From an uncultured Actinomycetes bacterium (lineage in GTDB: Bacteria; Actinomycetota; Thermoleophilia; Gaiellales; Gaiellaceae): a stretch of 64,000 nt of DNA. The position numbers were made by a program, and so were the translations under genes. The notes beneath the pieces were generated by a model. It was not told the origin of the DNA and searched no databases. It was given only the letters and a program-made list of their open reading frames with translations. Location of the stretch: assembly GCA_963748755.1 (NCBI GenBank), contig CAVVKA010000001.1, positions 121,995 to 185,994 of the forward strand, written 5' to 3'. Shown piece by piece: positions 62,596 through 64,000 of the stretch. The first letter of the stretch is position 1. Each line of letters starts with the position of its first letter.

Positions 62596-64000
62596 TACCT
62601 TACGGTAGCCGCCTGGACGCGGATCCGCACGGGCGCGGCCGCATATTTTGCAGTGGCCAGCCGGTACTGGGTGGTCACCTTCGCCCGGACCGCGAAGTGG
62701 AACGCGCCCGTTCTCGAGGCCGGAACGATCGACCGGAGCCGCTCCCACGAGGTCCCGGTTGTGCGGCTCTGCACGATGACACCGTGGACGCCGCGCACGA
62801 CCCCGCTCAGGGCGACCTTCGTGCCCGGAGCTATCACGCGATTCGGCACGGGGGGTTGCAGCGAGAGGACGTCCACGCTGAACCACGACGAGCGGAGCCC
62901 GAGCGCCGAGGCCGTGCCGGCGCCGGAGGCGGTGGACTCGCGCTCCGTCCCACGCCAGAGCGAGGTGAGCTCGAGCGTCTTCACGCGGTGCGACGAATTG
63001 CGCCTGACGCTCACGTCCACGACGCGACCCTTGGCTCCGAGCGCGTGCCCGAGGGTCTTCGCGGTCACGGGCACCGGCCCCCAGTCGTGGTACGGGGAGA
63101 TGGTGTCGTAGGGATCGGCGACCGAGACGAGATAGGGACGACCGGGAGCGCCGAACGCGTCGGCCGCCGACTGTGTGCGTCCACCCGTGCTCGACGAGAA
63201 GAGCGTGTCGGCCACCTCGCCGTCGTAGAGCACCACCTGGCCGGACGTCTCCTCCACGGCCCGCCGCGCGGCAGGCGTCTCAGCGGCAACGCCGAGGTAG
63301 GCCTGGCTGCGCCCGTCCGCGTAGACGTCGAAACGCCCGGCGGCATTCTGATTGGCGAGGGCGTACGAGCGCGCCGCGACCGCCTGCGCGTCGAGCGCCG
63401 CGGGAAGCCAGCTCGACGGCATCTCCGACGGGACGACGCCGTAGAGGTACTGCTCGAGCGGCAGGGCGTTGATCGCGCGGAGCTTCTGGTCCGGCACGTC
63501 GACGAGGATCTGCCCCCGGTAGCGGCGGCCGAGGGTGAGCGTTGCTCCGGCCGCCGGCGAGAACGTGAGCGGCGGCGTGAGCGCCTGCTGCGGGCCGCCG
63601 TCGACGGCGAGCTCGAGGTCCGGGGCGATGGTGGTCTTGCCGGCGGGGAGCGTGTGGTCGACGCCGTCCCCGTCCTCCACGTCGATCGGCTGCTGGGACG
63701 AGAGCGTGAGCTTCTTCTTCCCCTTCGCGAGCAGGACTCGGATCGAGGTGTCGGTCGTCTGGCCTAGCGTCGTCCCCGGGTAGTACGCGGCGAGAATCTG
63801 CTCGTACGTGTAGCTGTGCTGGGCGTAGCCCTGGGCCCCCCACTGGCCCATGCCGACGCCGTGCCCGTAGCCGTGGCCCCTGACGAGGAAGAGCGTGCCC
63901 GAGCCGGAGGCGGCGACGTACTGCGGGCCGGTCGGTCGCGCCGCGTGCGGCGCCGAGACGAGCGCGACGGCGGGGACGAGCGCGGACAGGGCGAGGAGCG
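62595..64000 (-). CDS. SpoIID/LytB-domain protein (5' end beyond window)
   Basis: HGYGHGVGMGQWGAQGYA...YEQILAAYYPGTTL...VVPSEMP...ALDAQAVAARSYAL...STGGRT. The frame stays open to nt 64000, with a signal-peptide-like N-terminus. Confidence 0.8.
   Translation of the reverse strand, partial: LLALSALVPAVALVSAPHAARPTGPQYVAASGSGTLFLVRGHGYGHGVGMGQWGAQGYAQHSYTYEQILAAYYPGTTLGQTTDTSIRVLLAKGKKKLTLSSQQPIDVEDGDGVDHTLPAGKTTIAPDLELAVDGGPQQALTPPLTFSPAAGATLTLGRRYRGQILVDVPDQKLRAINALPLEQYLYGVVPSEMPSSWLPAALDAQAVAARSYALANQNAAGRFDVYADGRSQAYLGVAAETPAARRAVEETSGQVVLYDGEVADTLFSSSTGGRTQSAADAFGAPGRPYLVSVADPYDTISPYHDWGPVPVTAKTLGHALGAKGRVVDVSVRRNSSHRVKTLELTSLWRGTERESTASGAGTASALGLRSSWFSVDVLSLQPPVPNRVIAPGTKVALSGVVRGVHGVIVQSRTTGTSWERLRSIVPASRTGAFHFAVRAKVTTQYRLATAKYAAAPVRIRVQAATVR

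Overview
High-GC chromosomal segment, about 68-75% G+C by my spot counts of 60-nt lines. Gene content is Actinomycetota-like (SufU-type suf genes, ctaCDE aa3 oxidase, EttA, TatAC). Most of it is housekeeping: dcd, redox enzymes, a MarR/YceI unit, tag, suf Fe-S assembly genes, ettA, tatAC, cytochrome c and ctaC-ctaD-ctaE, a large PAS/GAF histidine kinase, a Wbp-like UDP-sugar cluster, an S8 protease and SpoIID. Two regions look accessory. (1) A ~5.2 kb lower-GC insert (19.0-24.3 kb) lies immediately downstream of sufD. It carries a translationally coupled gene pair: a SIR2_2-type putative NADase (342 aa) and a 1322-aa NACHT/STAND-like P-loop NTPase with a very long helical-repeat tail. I read this as a candidate, not-yet-named NAD-depleting anti-phage module, and it is the top finding. 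It abuts a degraded duplicate of the ettA 3' end. (2) A ~12.7 kb lower-GC block (44.3-57.1 kb) is bracketed by tRNA-Lys(CUU) and a 22-nt direct copy of that tRNA's 3' end. It has the shape of an old integrated island but no integrase. It carries a desaturase, a sigma factor, a GT4/GH130/GH-A glycan cluster and an ANTAR regulator. Other oddities are four tandem VOC paralogs wedged between sufB and sufD, a protein with 31 consecutive proline codons, tandem collagen-like (Gly-X-Y) genes behind a LuxR/LAL regulator, USP-like genes interleaved in the cta operon, conserved domains that extend upstream of any canonical start codon, and an unassigned structured intergenic region with a minus-strand terminator. 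No CRISPR array, rRNA, transposase or integrase was seen. All family names come from motif recognition by eye, not database searches.
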